A stretch of 32,075 bases of DNA from Pseudomonadota bacterium (lineage in GTDB: Bacteria > Pseudomonadota > Alphaproteobacteria > UBA9219 > RGZA01), in NCBI GenBank assembly GCA_016195205.1, contig JACQAB010000066.1:1-32075 (forward strand). Reading direction: 5' to 3'. How positions within the stretch are numbered: position 1 is the stretch's first letter; every line of letters begins with the position of its first letter. The position numbers and the translations under genes were made by a program. Under the pieces are notes generated by a model. The model was given only the letters and a program-made list of their open reading frames with translations. It made no database searches and was not told the origin of the DNA. Of this stretch, positions 1 through 8,636 are shown one piece after another.

Positions 1-346
1 CGCGCAATGGCGCCACGCGGATGGGCTTGGATACCGTGGCGACTATGGCCAGGCCCAGCCCCTGGCCGATCTCCTGCGCCGAGGCCAGCACGCGCGCATC
101 AAAGCCGCTGATCAGCACCACGTTTCCCGGATATTTTTCGCGCCCCAGAAAGCGCAGTTGTTCGATGCCGTCGGATTTTCCCAGCTGCAGATCCAGCATG
201 ATCACGTCGGGGCGGCGGGCGCGGTAATGTTCCTGAAATTCGGATTCCGTCACGGTGGTCTCGGCCGTCCAGCCGCGATCGCGCGCCACCATGGAAAGCA
301 GCGCCGTCATTCCCCGGTCATCATCCAGCACAAGCAAGTGCAGCAT
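1..346 (-). CDS. Response regulator receiver (REC) domain protein, N-terminal part only; the C-terminus runs off the left edge
   Basis: Absent from the ORF track because it is truncated. Reverse-strand translation from the ATG (complement of 344-346) gives MLHLLVLDDDRGMTALLSMVARDRGWTAETTVTESEFQEHYRARRPDVIMLDLQLGKSDGIEQLRFLGREKYPGNVVLISGFDARVLASAQEIGQGLGLAIVATVSKPIRVAPLR. It has the acidic DDD pocket, an acceptor-like Asp in IMLDLQL and the SKP lysine of CheY-like receivers. Confidence 0.8.
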   Translation of the reverse strand, partial: MLHLLVLDDDRGMTALLSMVARDRGWTAETTVTESEFQEHYRARRPDVIMLDLQLGKSDGIEQLRFLGREKYPGNVVLISGFDARVLASAQEIGQGLGLAIVATVSKPIRVAPLR

Positions 347-931
347 CTTGGGGCTCCGGTTTTTCTGTCACGGCATCCTAGAAAAAAAGGATGCCGATGC
401 AAATAACCGCTTAAAATTCTTGACTTTCCGCGAATAATTATGGCAAGAATGCTATTATGCGTTATCGTGATTTATCTTTTCTGAATATCGATAGCTCCCT
501 TGTTTGCAAGGGTTTGCGCCTCGGCCGGCTTGAAGTCGCCTATCGAGGTCGCCGCTAAGGCGCTCCTTACTCCTGAACACATACCCCTGCATTATCGCGC
601 CGCCTGCGGCACCGGTGACCTTGATTAGCCTTTCCCGTGCGTATTCGCCTGCGGCCCTTGCCCGGGCATCACGGAAGGATCACCGGGAACGGGTGAGGAA
701 GGCGGCGCGTAAGCTTGCCGCGCGCATTCCATAAATATGCAGGAAAAGATGCGCCGAGCGGCGAAGCCTGAAGGTGACGTGCCGGGCGAGGGTGCCGGTT
801 TCCATGATCAAATCTCTTTAAAAATGGGGTTCCACTATCGCGCTATCCGTACGTTAAAAAGCGGGAGGGTTTCAACCCTTAAAATAGTTTCCACCCGCAA
901 AAAGCGGCGGGTTAACCATGCCGTTTATATA

Positions 932-2176
932 TTAAGGGGTGGGATAACCCGCATCGCCGGGGTCGTTTAAGGATGGGGTTGAATCTTCATTCAAGACGGC
1001 CGGCGCGAAATAGTAACTGGGCAGGCCGTCCTTGTCTTTCGTCGTGTACAAAAGCGGCAGGGCCTGCCGGCTTATCGTCTCTTCGCCGCAGGTGATAAAC
1101 AGCAGAGCGGTCGGCTTGTATTGCTTTGTTAAATCCTGGACCTGCGTGCCCTGGGGGTAAGACGCATCCTTCGGCGCGGCATCCCGTTTGCGCCCGTCCT
1201 GGGCCAGGCCCAGCAAGCGCACCAGCGCCACGCAATGCTCATAGCCTTTTTTCTCGATGCTTGACGCCAGGGCGATGGTGTTGGGGTCATCGCGGTCATA
1301 AATCATATAAATGGCCTTCATGTTTTGTTGCGCCAGCTTGGCCAGCACCGGGCGCAACTGGCCGAAGGCGCCGGAAAAGAAATCGCCCTCATACCCCATG
1401 ATCTTGCGATTTTTCCAGTCAGGAAGGCTCTGGATCAAGTTCAGGGCAATGCGCGGCACCGCGGCGGAGGTCATTTCCTTCATCGATTCCTCAAAACGTT
1501 TCGATGAAATTTCGGTGTTTTTTGTCTGGGCATCCTGATGTCCGTCGCGAAAAAGAAACATCGGTTGCGAAAAAACATTGCCGCGGTTAGCGGCGCGCGT
1601 GTGGCAATCGACGCAGGCATTAATCTCTTTTTGCGACATCACACCCCACAAGCCGGTGCTGTCTTTATCCTGGGTCACGCGCGGATCGGGATTGATGAAA
1701 CGAAGATAGGTCCAGCCGTCCGACCCCACTTTTTTATGTTTGGGATCCCACAACATCACCATAAAGCGGTTCAGGCGGTTGGCCGACATCAGGCTGGTGG
1801 GCAGGGCCAAATCTTCCTCGGCCGGATAGACCAGCTTGCCGAACATGGCGCCCACGGGGTACTCGGTGCGATGATTCAAAAGGGTTTCCCACGCCAGGTC
1901 GTTGGCGTAAGTCAGGCGAATTTCGCGCACATCCTGGCGCCAGCGCGCCGAGACGAAATGCCATTTTTTCCAGAAATCGGCGAAACGGTCAGGAGGAATA
2001 TCCATCGCCGCCTTGGCGGCTTCCGGCTGATTAAAAATGATTTCCGGAAAATCCTTGGTGGGTTTGATCGGGGCGGCGCCGCTAGGGGGCGGCAGGTCCG
2101 CCCAGGCAGCCGACGTTAATAGGAGAAGAACAACAAACAGGGAGAGCGGGGATTTTTTTAAATTCCGGATAGACAC
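932..2176 (-). CDS. Secreted c-type heme protein: cytochrome P460-like N-terminal domain fused to an unknown C-terminal domain of about 200 aa
   Basis: 414-aa ORF with a GTG start and signal peptide MSIRNLKKSPLSLFVVLLLLTSAAWA. It has a single CXXCH heme motif (INACVDCHTRAANRGNVFSQP) preceded by GWTYLRF, the layout I remember for cytochrome P460 domains. I do not recognise the C-terminal half. Confidence 0.7.
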   Translation of the reverse strand: MSIRNLKKSPLSLFVVLLLLTSAAWADLPPPSGAAPIKPTKDFPEIIFNQPEAAKAAMDIPPDRFADFWKKWHFVSARWRQDVREIRLTYANDLAWETLLNHRTEYPVGAMFGKLVYPAEEDLALPTSLMSANRLNRFMVMLWDPKHKKVGSDGWTYLRFINPDPRVTQDKDSTGLWGVMSQKEINACVDCHTRAANRGNVFSQPMFLFRDGHQDAQTKNTEISSKRFEESMKEMTSAAVPRIALNLIQSLPDWKNRKIMGYEGDFFSGAFGQLRPVLAKLAQQNMKAIYMIYDRDDPNTIALASSIEKKGYEHCVALVRLLGLAQDGRKRDAAPKDASYPQGTQVQDLTKQYKPTALLFITCGEETISRQALPLLYTTKDKDGLPSYYFAPAVLNEDSTPSLNDPGDAGYPTP

Positions 2177-2206
2177 GGCATGGATCCCCCAAGAACGATC
2201 AACACG

Positions 2207-2632
2207 CTACTGAGCTGGTGGCTTTTTTAAGCCGCCGTGCTCGCGAATCATGCCTGAGATGACCTGTTCGCATTCCGTAGGTTCGTGCCGCGTTCCGTCT
2301 GACGTCTTTCCAACCGGCGGAGCCTTTCTTACTGGCCACGACACCCCTGTGTCGCAATAGGCCAGCCGCACTTTGGCCATGGCATCGGTTTCTTTTTTCT
2401 GGCAGGCCTCGATATCCTTCATCGTGGTCGCTTGCTGAATGCAGGACACCACCTCCTGAAGCCGGTCAAGCCGTTCCTGCCGGCTTTGCAGTGCCAACTC
2501 CCGCGCCGTCTCAAAATCCTCGGGGCGGTTGTAAATTTTCACGTCTTTAAACGGGTTGTTTCCTTCGGCATGAAGCGGCGCGCCGGCCAGCATGGCGAGG
2601 GATAAAAAGGCAAAAGCGAGCGACTTTTTCAT
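2207..2632 (-). CDS. Small secreted 4-Cys protein, tandem paralog 1 (unknown function)
   Basis: 141 aa with SD AGGAGAGG upstream of the ATG and signal peptide MKKSLAFAFLSLAMLAGAPLHA. It is clearly homologous to the next ORF (APLHAEGNxPFKDxKxY...LAYCDTGVSW...PTEC). Confidence 0.7.
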   Translation of the reverse strand: MKKSLAFAFLSLAMLAGAPLHAEGNNPFKDVKIYNRPEDFETARELALQSRQERLDRLQEVVSCIQQATTMKDIEACQKKETDAMAKVRLAYCDTGVSWPVRKAPPVGKTSDGTRHEPTECEQVISGMIREHGGLKKPPAQ

Positions 2633-2653
2633 CGGAAACCTCTCCTAACACTT

Positions 2654-3097
2654 CTACTCGGTGGCGCCCTGTGTTTGGCCATCCCCTAAGCCACTCCGTC
2701 TCTTTTTGATATTTTCAATGGCCTGCAGGGCCTTCTGGCATTCGGTGGGCGGCTTCTTCTTTCCATTCTTTTTGCTGCCCTTACGTGCGTCGAGGTACAG
2801 CCACGACACCCCCGTATCACAATAAGCCAGCCGGATTTTGGCCGTATAATCGGCCTCGGTTTCCTGGCAGGCATAAATATCGTCCATCGCTTTCGCCTGC
2901 CGGATGCACGTCATCACATCCTTGATCCGGTCCATCCGTTCCACGCGATTTTGGAGCGCCAGCTGTTTCGCGACCTCGAAATCCTTGGGGTGGCCATACA
3001 TTTTTATGTCTTTGAATGGATCATTCCCTTCGGCATGAAGCGGCGCAGCCGCAAGCACGGCGAGAAATAAAAAGGCGGAAAGGATCCAGTTTCTCAT
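2654..3097 (-). CDS. Small secreted 4-Cys protein, tandem paralog 2 (unknown function)
   Basis: 147 aa with a GAGGG SD and signal peptide MRNWILSAFLFLAVLAAAPLHA. It aligns with 2207-2632 over about 100 aa, with four conserved Cys. Confidence 0.7.
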   Translation of the reverse strand: MRNWILSAFLFLAVLAAAPLHAEGNDPFKDIKMYGHPKDFEVAKQLALQNRVERMDRIKDVMTCIRQAKAMDDIYACQETEADYTAKIRLAYCDTGVSWLYLDARKGSKKNGKKKPPTECQKALQAIENIKKRRSGLGDGQTQGATE

Positions 3098-3242
3098 GAG
3101 GCCCTCATGGCACAGGTCGGGTTAGAGGTTGGGCATCAGGACAAAGACGCAACCCATCTTGTCTTCATCGTATACCACCCGCGAATAAACGCAAGATGTC
3201 ACACGAATTACTCAAGCGAAACGACGCGCGGGAGCGCGCACG

Positions 3243-4256
3243 TTATTCTGTGGAGTCGTCAGCCTGGTCATCCCCATCCTTACCATCATCGGCGCAGCAC
3301 CACGGAGGAACCGTGCTGGCACTGGTAGAGGCTACCGACGTAAGCAAGGGCACGGGTGCTTCCGAACAGGTCAGCGTGAAAGTTGTGGGAGTCCACAACA
3401 CAATCGTTGTCGAGCCCGAGCGCGGGAAACCCGAAGCGTCCGGTCCCCAGCCTGCCGGCGAGACGCTGCAGGACAGCGTGGCGCCAGGAACGAAGGGCTC
3501 GATGTACCAACTGATCGTTATCGGCGATCCTTCTTCAACCACCGGGGTGTTCGTCGAAAGGATAAGATCCGGGCTGTAACGGAATTTGGTGTTCCAGGTT
3601 AAAACGCCAGGGGGCGTGGCATCAAGATCACCGGCTTGCCATTGCAGCAAAGACATCATCGACGTCGAGCCGCTGTGGCAGGTAAAATTCGGACCCGCCA
3701 CCGCCGGATCCGGAGAGAGAGATACCCCCGTCCGGCCATAAACATTCGGGTTGTTCACATTGATTTGGGTGCAACCGCCGAAGGGCGGCATAACGGCCGT
3801 GGTAGCCGGCGCGCCGTTGTCACTATAAGGGACGGCGCAATGAATCAGGTGAATCGAGCCGTTCAGCAGGTCCGGCGCGGCGGCCAGGAACTTTGTCCAT
3901 TCAATGGACGATTTAAAAGGCACAAAAACTTGCGTGCTACTGTTGTTATCGACCCAGCGGCAAATATTCCATGCCTCAATCGGCGCAATCGCGGCGGACG
4001 TATTTGCGTTGGCGCCGCAGTAATCGGACCCGGCGCAAAGACCCAGACCCTTGATGGAGGACACGGAAGTAAGATAGCCGCCGCCCCCTCCGCCGGGGCA
4101 ACCGACCAGATCTGAAGTTGAAGTCCCCGACAAATTGCATTCATAGGGAATGGTGTTGGCCGCGGCCAAAAACGGCGTGGACAGGGATGCCGAAACGGCA
4201 GCAGCGGCCCAACATAGCAGACCCGCAGTCTTTGACCGGCGTGGGGGTTTCTTCAT
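3243..4256 (-). CDS. Secreted Cys-rich protein with a C-terminal Ig-like segment (unknown function)
   Basis: 337 aa with an N-terminal signal-like segment (MKKPPRRSKTAGLLCWAAAAVSASLSTPFLAAA) and a Gly run (CPGGGGGGY). The C-terminal pattern ITISWYIEP...ATLSCSVSPAGWG...GSTTIVLWTPTTFTLTCSE resembles bacterial Ig-like SxW...C...YTLTC modules. The tail is acidic. Confidence 0.6.
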   Translation of the reverse strand: MKKPPRRSKTAGLLCWAAAAVSASLSTPFLAAANTIPYECNLSGTSTSDLVGCPGGGGGGYLTSVSSIKGLGLCAGSDYCGANANTSAAIAPIEAWNICRWVDNNSSTQVFVPFKSSIEWTKFLAAAPDLLNGSIHLIHCAVPYSDNGAPATTAVMPPFGGCTQINVNNPNVYGRTGVSLSPDPAVAGPNFTCHSGSTSMMSLLQWQAGDLDATPPGVLTWNTKFRYSPDLILSTNTPVVEEGSPITISWYIEPFVPGATLSCSVSPAGWGPDASGFPRSGSTTIVLWTPTTFTLTCSEAPVPLLTSVASTSASTVPPWCCADDGKDGDDQADDSTE

Positions 4257-4486
4257 GCGATACTGTCAGACTTTCTAGAAATCTTCCGTCAGACTACTGG
4301 CAAAAGCTTAATAGTTTCTTATTTTTCAATAAGATGCTGTTCAAATGCCGGGCAGTTTTCTCAAGCTATTCCACGTCTTAATTTTCCGCACCGGGCGATC
4401 TTAATTTGTCATTAAGCTTAGCGCCCGATGATCGCGAACAATCTCCAGCAGCGGCCCCTTATATTGAGAAGGCAAGCAGCCGTCTC

Positions 4487-5374
4487 ATGTCTCTCCCCTC
4501 CCTATCTTTTTCCGACAACAATCACTGGCGGTTTGGCTGGGGCGATGGACTTTATAATTTTCAAAACCAGTATCGGCCGCTGTGGGTCACGTTCGGGCCG
4601 TGCCGCTATTTCCCCCAAACGTTTGACGTTGAAATCGCGGTGGCCGCCCGGAAAATTGCCGAAGCCGCCACGAAACCCATCTATGTTGCGATGAGCGGGG
4701 GTATCGATTCTGAACTCGTGGCGCGCACCATGCTGCAGGAACGCATCCCCTTTACCCCGCTCATTGCGCAATTCGAGAATGATTACAATAAAGACGATAT
4801 TGCCTATGCCCTCGATTTCTGCCGGCGGCATAACCTGACGCCGGAGATTGTAAAGCTCGACATTATTGCTTTTTTTAAAGACAGCATTCACACCCCCTAT
4901 ATCCTGGCCAACTGCGCCCACCTCATGCAGATGCATCTGATGCGGCACGCCGCCCGTCTGGGCGGCATGGCTGTCATCGCCGTCGGCGAGCAGCGCTATG
5001 CAATCGAAGATGGAAAGGTTTTTGTTCCGGTCCCCATCGAGCGCATTGCCGTGACCCATTTCATGCAGGCCGAAGGCGTAGAAGGCGTTTCGGCTTTTTA
5101 TTGCTACACCCCCGAGATGATGTTGAGCCTGCTGCGCGAGGCCAAGGCGCACGGCTTCGGTGAGGTAAGCGAATTCGCCCACAACATCAAGGAAGATATT
5201 TACCGCAAATTCTGGCCGGATTTATCGCCCCGGCCGAAATATTCCGGGTTTGAAAATGTTCTCGAGCATCGAAGAGCCGCCCAAAAAAAACTGCACAAGA
5301 AATATGGCCCGATGCTTATCAAATTTATGATCCCGCTTGATGAACTGGAACTTCAACTTTCCAAGGGGTTATAG
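4487..5374 (+). CDS. PP-loop ATP pyrophosphatase (adenine nucleotide alpha-hydrolase superfamily), specificity unknown
   Basis: SGGxDS PP-loop motif in KPIYVAMSGGIDSELVARTM. The ORF-track start at 4406 is a TTG; I prefer the first ATG at 4487 (MSLPSLSF...), but the start is uncertain. First gene after an AT-rich divergent intergenic region. Confidence 0.75.
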   Translation: MSLPSLSFSDNNHWRFGWGDGLYNFQNQYRPLWVTFGPCRYFPQTFDVEIAVAARKIAEAATKPIYVAMSGGIDSELVARTMLQERIPFTPLIAQFENDYNKDDIAYALDFCRRHNLTPEIVKLDIIAFFKDSIHTPYILANCAHLMQMHLMRHAARLGGMAVIAVGEQRYAIEDGKVFVPVPIERIAVTHFMQAEGVEGVSAFYCYTPEMMLSLLREAKAHGFGEVSEFAHNIKEDIYRKFWPDLSPRPKYSGFENVLEHRRAAQKKLHKKYGPMLIKFMIPLDELELQLSKGL

Positions 5375-5381
5375 TTACACC

Positions 5382-6413
5382 ATGGGCCTTCTTCTTCATC
5401 ACGGCATGGTCGGCGTCGACACTCTTCCCCTTAAGCCCATTTTTCCGCGGGTCTACCCCTTCACGCAAATGGTCAACCGCGTCCTGCTGGATCAGATTGA
5501 TCCTTTTCATTACACGCTTTGCTGCGAGCCCATCGCCGATATTCTTAAGCTTCCCTCCACCCGCAAAAGCTTCGGCGAAGTGGCGGAAGAACGCGCCCAT
5601 GAAATGAAGGCCTATGACGGGCCGCTCTACATTATGTACAGCGGCGGCGTCGACTCCTCCTCGGCGGTGGTGGCATTTCTAAGAACCTGGTCGCCCGAAG
5701 AACTGAAACGCGTTCATATCCTGGCCTCGCATCACAGCGTCAGCGAATTCCCCGAGCTCTGGAACGTCATCGTCGACAAATTCAAGGGACGCATTCTTCC
5801 CTCTTTCCGGCACATCGAATATTACTGCGACCGCGGCTATGTGGTCACCGGTGAGCATGGCGACCAGCTTTTCGGCTCGGACATCATCCGCAACATTTTC
5901 CACATGCATGGCGATGAAGCCATCCACCAGCCCTGGCAACAGGTCATGCCCGGCATCTATGCCAAGATTTTTCCGCCCGAGATCGTGGGCGGTTTCCTCA
6001 CCCGCTACGAACAAACGCTTAGCGCCTGCCCGTTCCCGATACGGACAAGCTTTGACTGGATCTGGTGGTTCAACTTCACCAACAAATGGCAGCACGTGAA
6101 ATACCGCCTGCTGTCCAATAAGCCCTGGCGCAATGCCAGGGAATCCTTCAAGAAGATCAAACATTTTTATGATACGCCGGGGTGGCAGCGCTGGAGCCTC
6201 GACAATCACGATAAAAAAATCGGCAAGCTCTACGAATCCTACAAACTGGCGGCCAAAGAATATATCGTTGGCGCAACCGGATTTTCCGATTACATTCGAA
6301 AGCCCAAGGTGGGTAGCCTGTTTCAGATCTGGCGCTGTACGGGCTTTTACGAAGCCACCGATACGTCGTTTAAACATCTTACCCGCGAAGAAGCCCTGGA
6401 GTATGTGCGATGA
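5382..6413 (+). CDS. Second, divergent PP-loop ATP pyrophosphatase, specificity unknown
   Basis: SGGxDS motif in GPLYIMYSGGVDSSSAVVAFL, preceded by a helix as in Asn-synthetase-C-like domains. Alternative starts at 5337 (TTG) and 5340 (ATG) would overlap the previous gene by 35-38 nt. The stop overlaps the next start (ATGA at 6410-6413). Confidence 0.75.
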   Translation: MGLLLHHGMVGVDTLPLKPIFPRVYPFTQMVNRVLLDQIDPFHYTLCCEPIADILKLPSTRKSFGEVAEERAHEMKAYDGPLYIMYSGGVDSSSAVVAFLRTWSPEELKRVHILASHHSVSEFPELWNVIVDKFKGRILPSFRHIEYYCDRGYVVTGEHGDQLFGSDIIRNIFHMHGDEAIHQPWQQVMPGIYAKIFPPEIVGGFLTRYEQTLSACPFPIRTSFDWIWWFNFTNKWQHVKYRLLSNKPWRNARESFKKIKHFYDTPGWQRWSLDNHDKKIGKLYESYKLAAKEYIVGATGFSDYIRKPKVGSLFQIWRCTGFYEATDTSFKHLTREEALEYVR

Positions 6414-7003
6414 GTGTTTGCATCTATCTTTTCCGCGAGCGCATCATCTACTGGACACCGCAAACGCTTTTTAACAAACCCGCCAGCGTGGGCAGGACAA
6501 AATGGTACATCATCAATGAGGCTGCGCCCATTCCCCTGAATGAAATGGTCCAGCGCGGCAACGTGGGCTATACCCAGCAGGAAGGCTTTTACACCGTGGA
6601 GGGCGACTCGCCCGCGGACTGGGACGAGCGCATCAATCTGGTCAAGAAAATCCAGATTATCGGCGGGCTGAACACCCTGGCGAACAACCACAAATCAAAA
6701 TACACCGACAATTCGCTGGGTCAGGCGCTGGCCGACATTCTGCTGCTGGATGAAATCCGCGAATACCGCCGTACCAACAGCCTGGAAAACTGCGCCATTA
6801 TCACGTCGCTGCTCGAAACCAGCGAAGCCCGGCTCACGCCCGACGCCCTGGTCACCAAATTATGGCTGCAATACGAGTCTTACCGCACCGTGATCGCCTA
6901 TTTAAACCACCTGGAATCCAGTGTCCGGCAATTGCTGAAAGACGACCATTTCGACAAGGCCAATGAACTGCTCGGCAGCGAGCTGGAGAAGCTGAGAACC
7001 TAG
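6410..7003 (+). CDS. Hypothetical protein, translationally coupled to the second PP-loop gene
   Basis: 197-aa ORF whose start overlaps the upstream stop (ATGA). The sequence is protein-like with no motif I recognise, and the C-terminal half looks helical. Confidence 0.6.
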   Translation: MSVCIYLFRERIIYWTPQTLFNKPASVGRTKWYIINEAAPIPLNEMVQRGNVGYTQQEGFYTVEGDSPADWDERINLVKKIQIIGGLNTLANNHKSKYTDNSLGQALADILLLDEIREYRRTNSLENCAIITSLLETSEARLTPDALVTKLWLQYESYRTVIAYLNHLESSVRQLLKDDHFDKANELLGSELEKLRT

Positions 7004-7125
7004 GGTCTGTCCTCATAAACAGCCGGAAAGACGCGAGCGTAAACAAAGGCCTACCCTATAAAGGAATTATCAATTTTTATGTCGCAAACATAGGCCTGGC
7101 CCCTGCTCCCGGGGCAGGAGGCAAA

Positions 7126-7806
7126 ATGGACGACCTAAGAATGAGCCAGAACACCCGCGCGCCCCAGCAAACCGAGGCGCAGAAAAAGTTCGGCGTCGAA
7201 TATTACCACCCGGGGCAGCAGGTCATCTCAGGTTCACGCGACGGCGATCTTTACACCTACACCACCTATATCGGCACGTATCTGGTGAACGTGGAAAAAG
7301 GCGACTGCGCCTATACCTACGACGGCAAGGGCATGGCGCATGTGCAGCCGGGCCCCTGCAAGATTCAGTCTACTCTTATCACCACCGTGATCCGCGGCTA
7401 TGCGCCGGCCCTGCGCTCGACCGCGGTGGGCCGCTCCACCTATCTGCCTTATGTGAATGGCTGCTCGACCCGCCAGGTGTTCACGCCCGACCGCATTGGC
7501 GATCCCACGCTTCAGCTGCTGCATATGCCGCCGCATAGCAGCGAACAGGTGCATCACATCCATTCCACCGCGCGGGTGGTGCATGTGCTGGAGGGGCGCG
7601 GGCGCTCGCTGGTCGGCATGGAGCAATGGGTGGAAAAGCAGGAGCTGGTGCCGGGAATGTCGATCATTCTGCATCCCATGTGCCCGCATCATTTTGAAAC
7701 GGACGATAATTCGCTGCTGGTGCTGCCGCTGCATATCTTCAGCTCGCCACCCGGCGGAACCGAATTCGACCATCCCATGTTCAACGGGACGCACCGGATT
7801 GGATAA
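7126..7806 (+). CDS. Cupin-fold metalloprotein (unknown function)
   Basis: 226 aa with SD AGGAGG 5 nt upstream of the ATG. Two-motif cupin signature: HHIHSTARVVHVLEGRG (HxH...E...G) and VPGMSIILHPMCPHHFET (PxG...H). Confidence 0.7.
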   Translation: MDDLRMSQNTRAPQQTEAQKKFGVEYYHPGQQVISGSRDGDLYTYTTYIGTYLVNVEKGDCAYTYDGKGMAHVQPGPCKIQSTLITTVIRGYAPALRSTAVGRSTYLPYVNGCSTRQVFTPDRIGDPTLQLLHMPPHSSEQVHHIHSTARVVHVLEGRGRSLVGMEQWVEKQELVPGMSIILHPMCPHHFETDDNSLLVLPLHIFSSPPGGTEFDHPMFNGTHRIG

Positions 7807-7922
7807 GTTTCCAGCTTGAGCTAAAAAGAGAATGGCCGCGCCACGCGTAGCTGCGGCAGGAAGCCCGTCTTCGCCCTTCGGGCTACGCCGGGCACGCTTC
7901 GCGCGCTACCGCTTGCGAAGCG

Positions 7923-7967
7923 TGGTGGACAATACAGGGCTCGAACCTGTGACCCGCTGATTAAGAG
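7923..7967 (-). repeat. Orphan 3' half of tRNA-Lys (CCA end to anticodon loop); att-like direct repeat
   Basis: tggtggacaatacagggctcgaacctgtgacccgctgattaagag matches 15448-15492 at 44 of 45 positions (hand alignment). The adjacent sequence cannot supply a D-arm or the 5' acceptor strand, so this is not a functional tRNA. Confidence 0.85.
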
Positions 7968-8131
7968 CCCCGCCCATAGCTTTCTATAATTTTTCGATTT
8001 CAATCTCAACAATTTGATTCAGTTCGATAAAGGGAAGAATCGCCTATCCCGTTTGTTCTCTAAAAATCCCTCGGAAACCCGCCTTTTCTTGGCACGATTA
8101 CACGGAAATTACACTGAGTTTTTTGAAGTGA

Positions 8132-8569
8132 TTAGGATTTATACTTTAGGAGCTTAGCCCTGATGAAATGAGCCAGCGACAGCTTGCCGGGGCCGAAGCA
8201 CAGGAGGGTGGCCAGCAGCATCGCCCAGTAGAAATGCTCCATGTTGCTGTCATAGGTGAACTGGATGACGGCAACCATCGCCAGCATCGGCAGGGTGGCA
8301 AGTCGCGCTCCAAGTCCCAGCACCAGCAGCACCGGGCAAGCCAACTCGAAACTGGTGGCAAATAGCGCCGCAAGTGAAGGCGGCAGCAAGGGAACGTGAT
8401 ATTCTTCCTTGAAGAGATAGAGAGTGTTACCCCAATCCTCTATCTTCACCATGCCGGATTGCCAGAAAATCTTGGCCATCCATAGCCTTGCCGCCAAAAG
8501 AACGAGATTTCCCAATTCCTGCAACATGGCTAGGATGCGGGTGGCGGCTTTGACGCAGGCTGGATGCAT
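8132..8569 (-). CDS. DoxX family membrane protein
   Basis: Multi-TM protein with a DoxX-like sequence (LLAARLWMAKIFWQSGMVKI...ELACPVLLVLGLGARLATLPMLAMVAVIQF). The ORF-track start at 8623 lies upstream of the predicted ECF promoter's transcription start, so I prefer the ATG at 8569 (MHPACVKAATR...). Confidence 0.8.
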   Translation of the reverse strand: MHPACVKAATRILAMLQELGNLVLLAARLWMAKIFWQSGMVKIEDWGNTLYLFKEEYHVPLLPPSLAALFATSFELACPVLLVLGLGARLATLPMLAMVAVIQFTYDSNMEHFYWAMLLATLLCFGPGKLSLAHFIRAKLLKYKS

Positions 8570-8609
8570 GGCGCGGTTTCCCTTCGCGTCGTTCGTTATC
8601 TTTAGTTCC

Positions 8610-8636
8610 TTCGGTTTAGGCATCGTTTTGGTTACA
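8610..8636 (-). promoter_or_regulatory. ECF (SigF/ECF16-like) promoter motif TGTAACC-N16-CGAA upstream of DoxX
   Basis: The minus strand reads aTGTAACCaaaacgatgcctaaacCGAAgg with an exact 16-nt spacer. It is one of three identical-architecture motifs in the window. Confidence 0.6.

Noticed and set aside
371-396. The perfect 9-bp hairpin cggcatcct-agaaaaaa-aggatgccg upstream of the response regulator, as a terminator.
   Set aside because: No T-run follows it on either strand, and no upstream gene in the window needs terminating. The sequence is real but its function cannot be assigned.
621-633. The 13-mer ttgattagccttt, shared between 621-633 and 22922-22934, as evidence of a dispersed element or ncRNA family.
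   Set aside because: The flanks do not align beyond the 13-mer, so it could be chance. No structure or conserved context was visible.
737-970. ORFs in the 347-931 spacer: the 77-aa + strand ORF, and short minus-strand ORFs of 36 and 41 aa.
   Set aside because: They have no convincing SD, their composition is odd, and the 77-aa ORF overlaps the 3' end of the P460-like gene. I treat the region as non-coding and assign no function.
4265-4295. The direct repeat GTCAGACT (twice, 23 nt apart) flanking a TTCTAGAA palindrome, as an operator in front of the PP-loop operon. A TGGCA-containing stretch nearby was also considered as a sigma-54 promoter.
   Set aside because: An 8-mer repeat in a 150-nt AT-rich spacer is not statistically compelling. 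The TGGCA is not followed by TTGC at the required spacing.
7923-7990. A second functional tRNA-Lys gene.
   Set aside because: Only the 3' 45 nt are present. The adjacent sequence (ccccgcccatagctttctataa) cannot provide the D-arm, the 5' anticodon stem strand or the 5' acceptor strand (GGACAAT would be needed).
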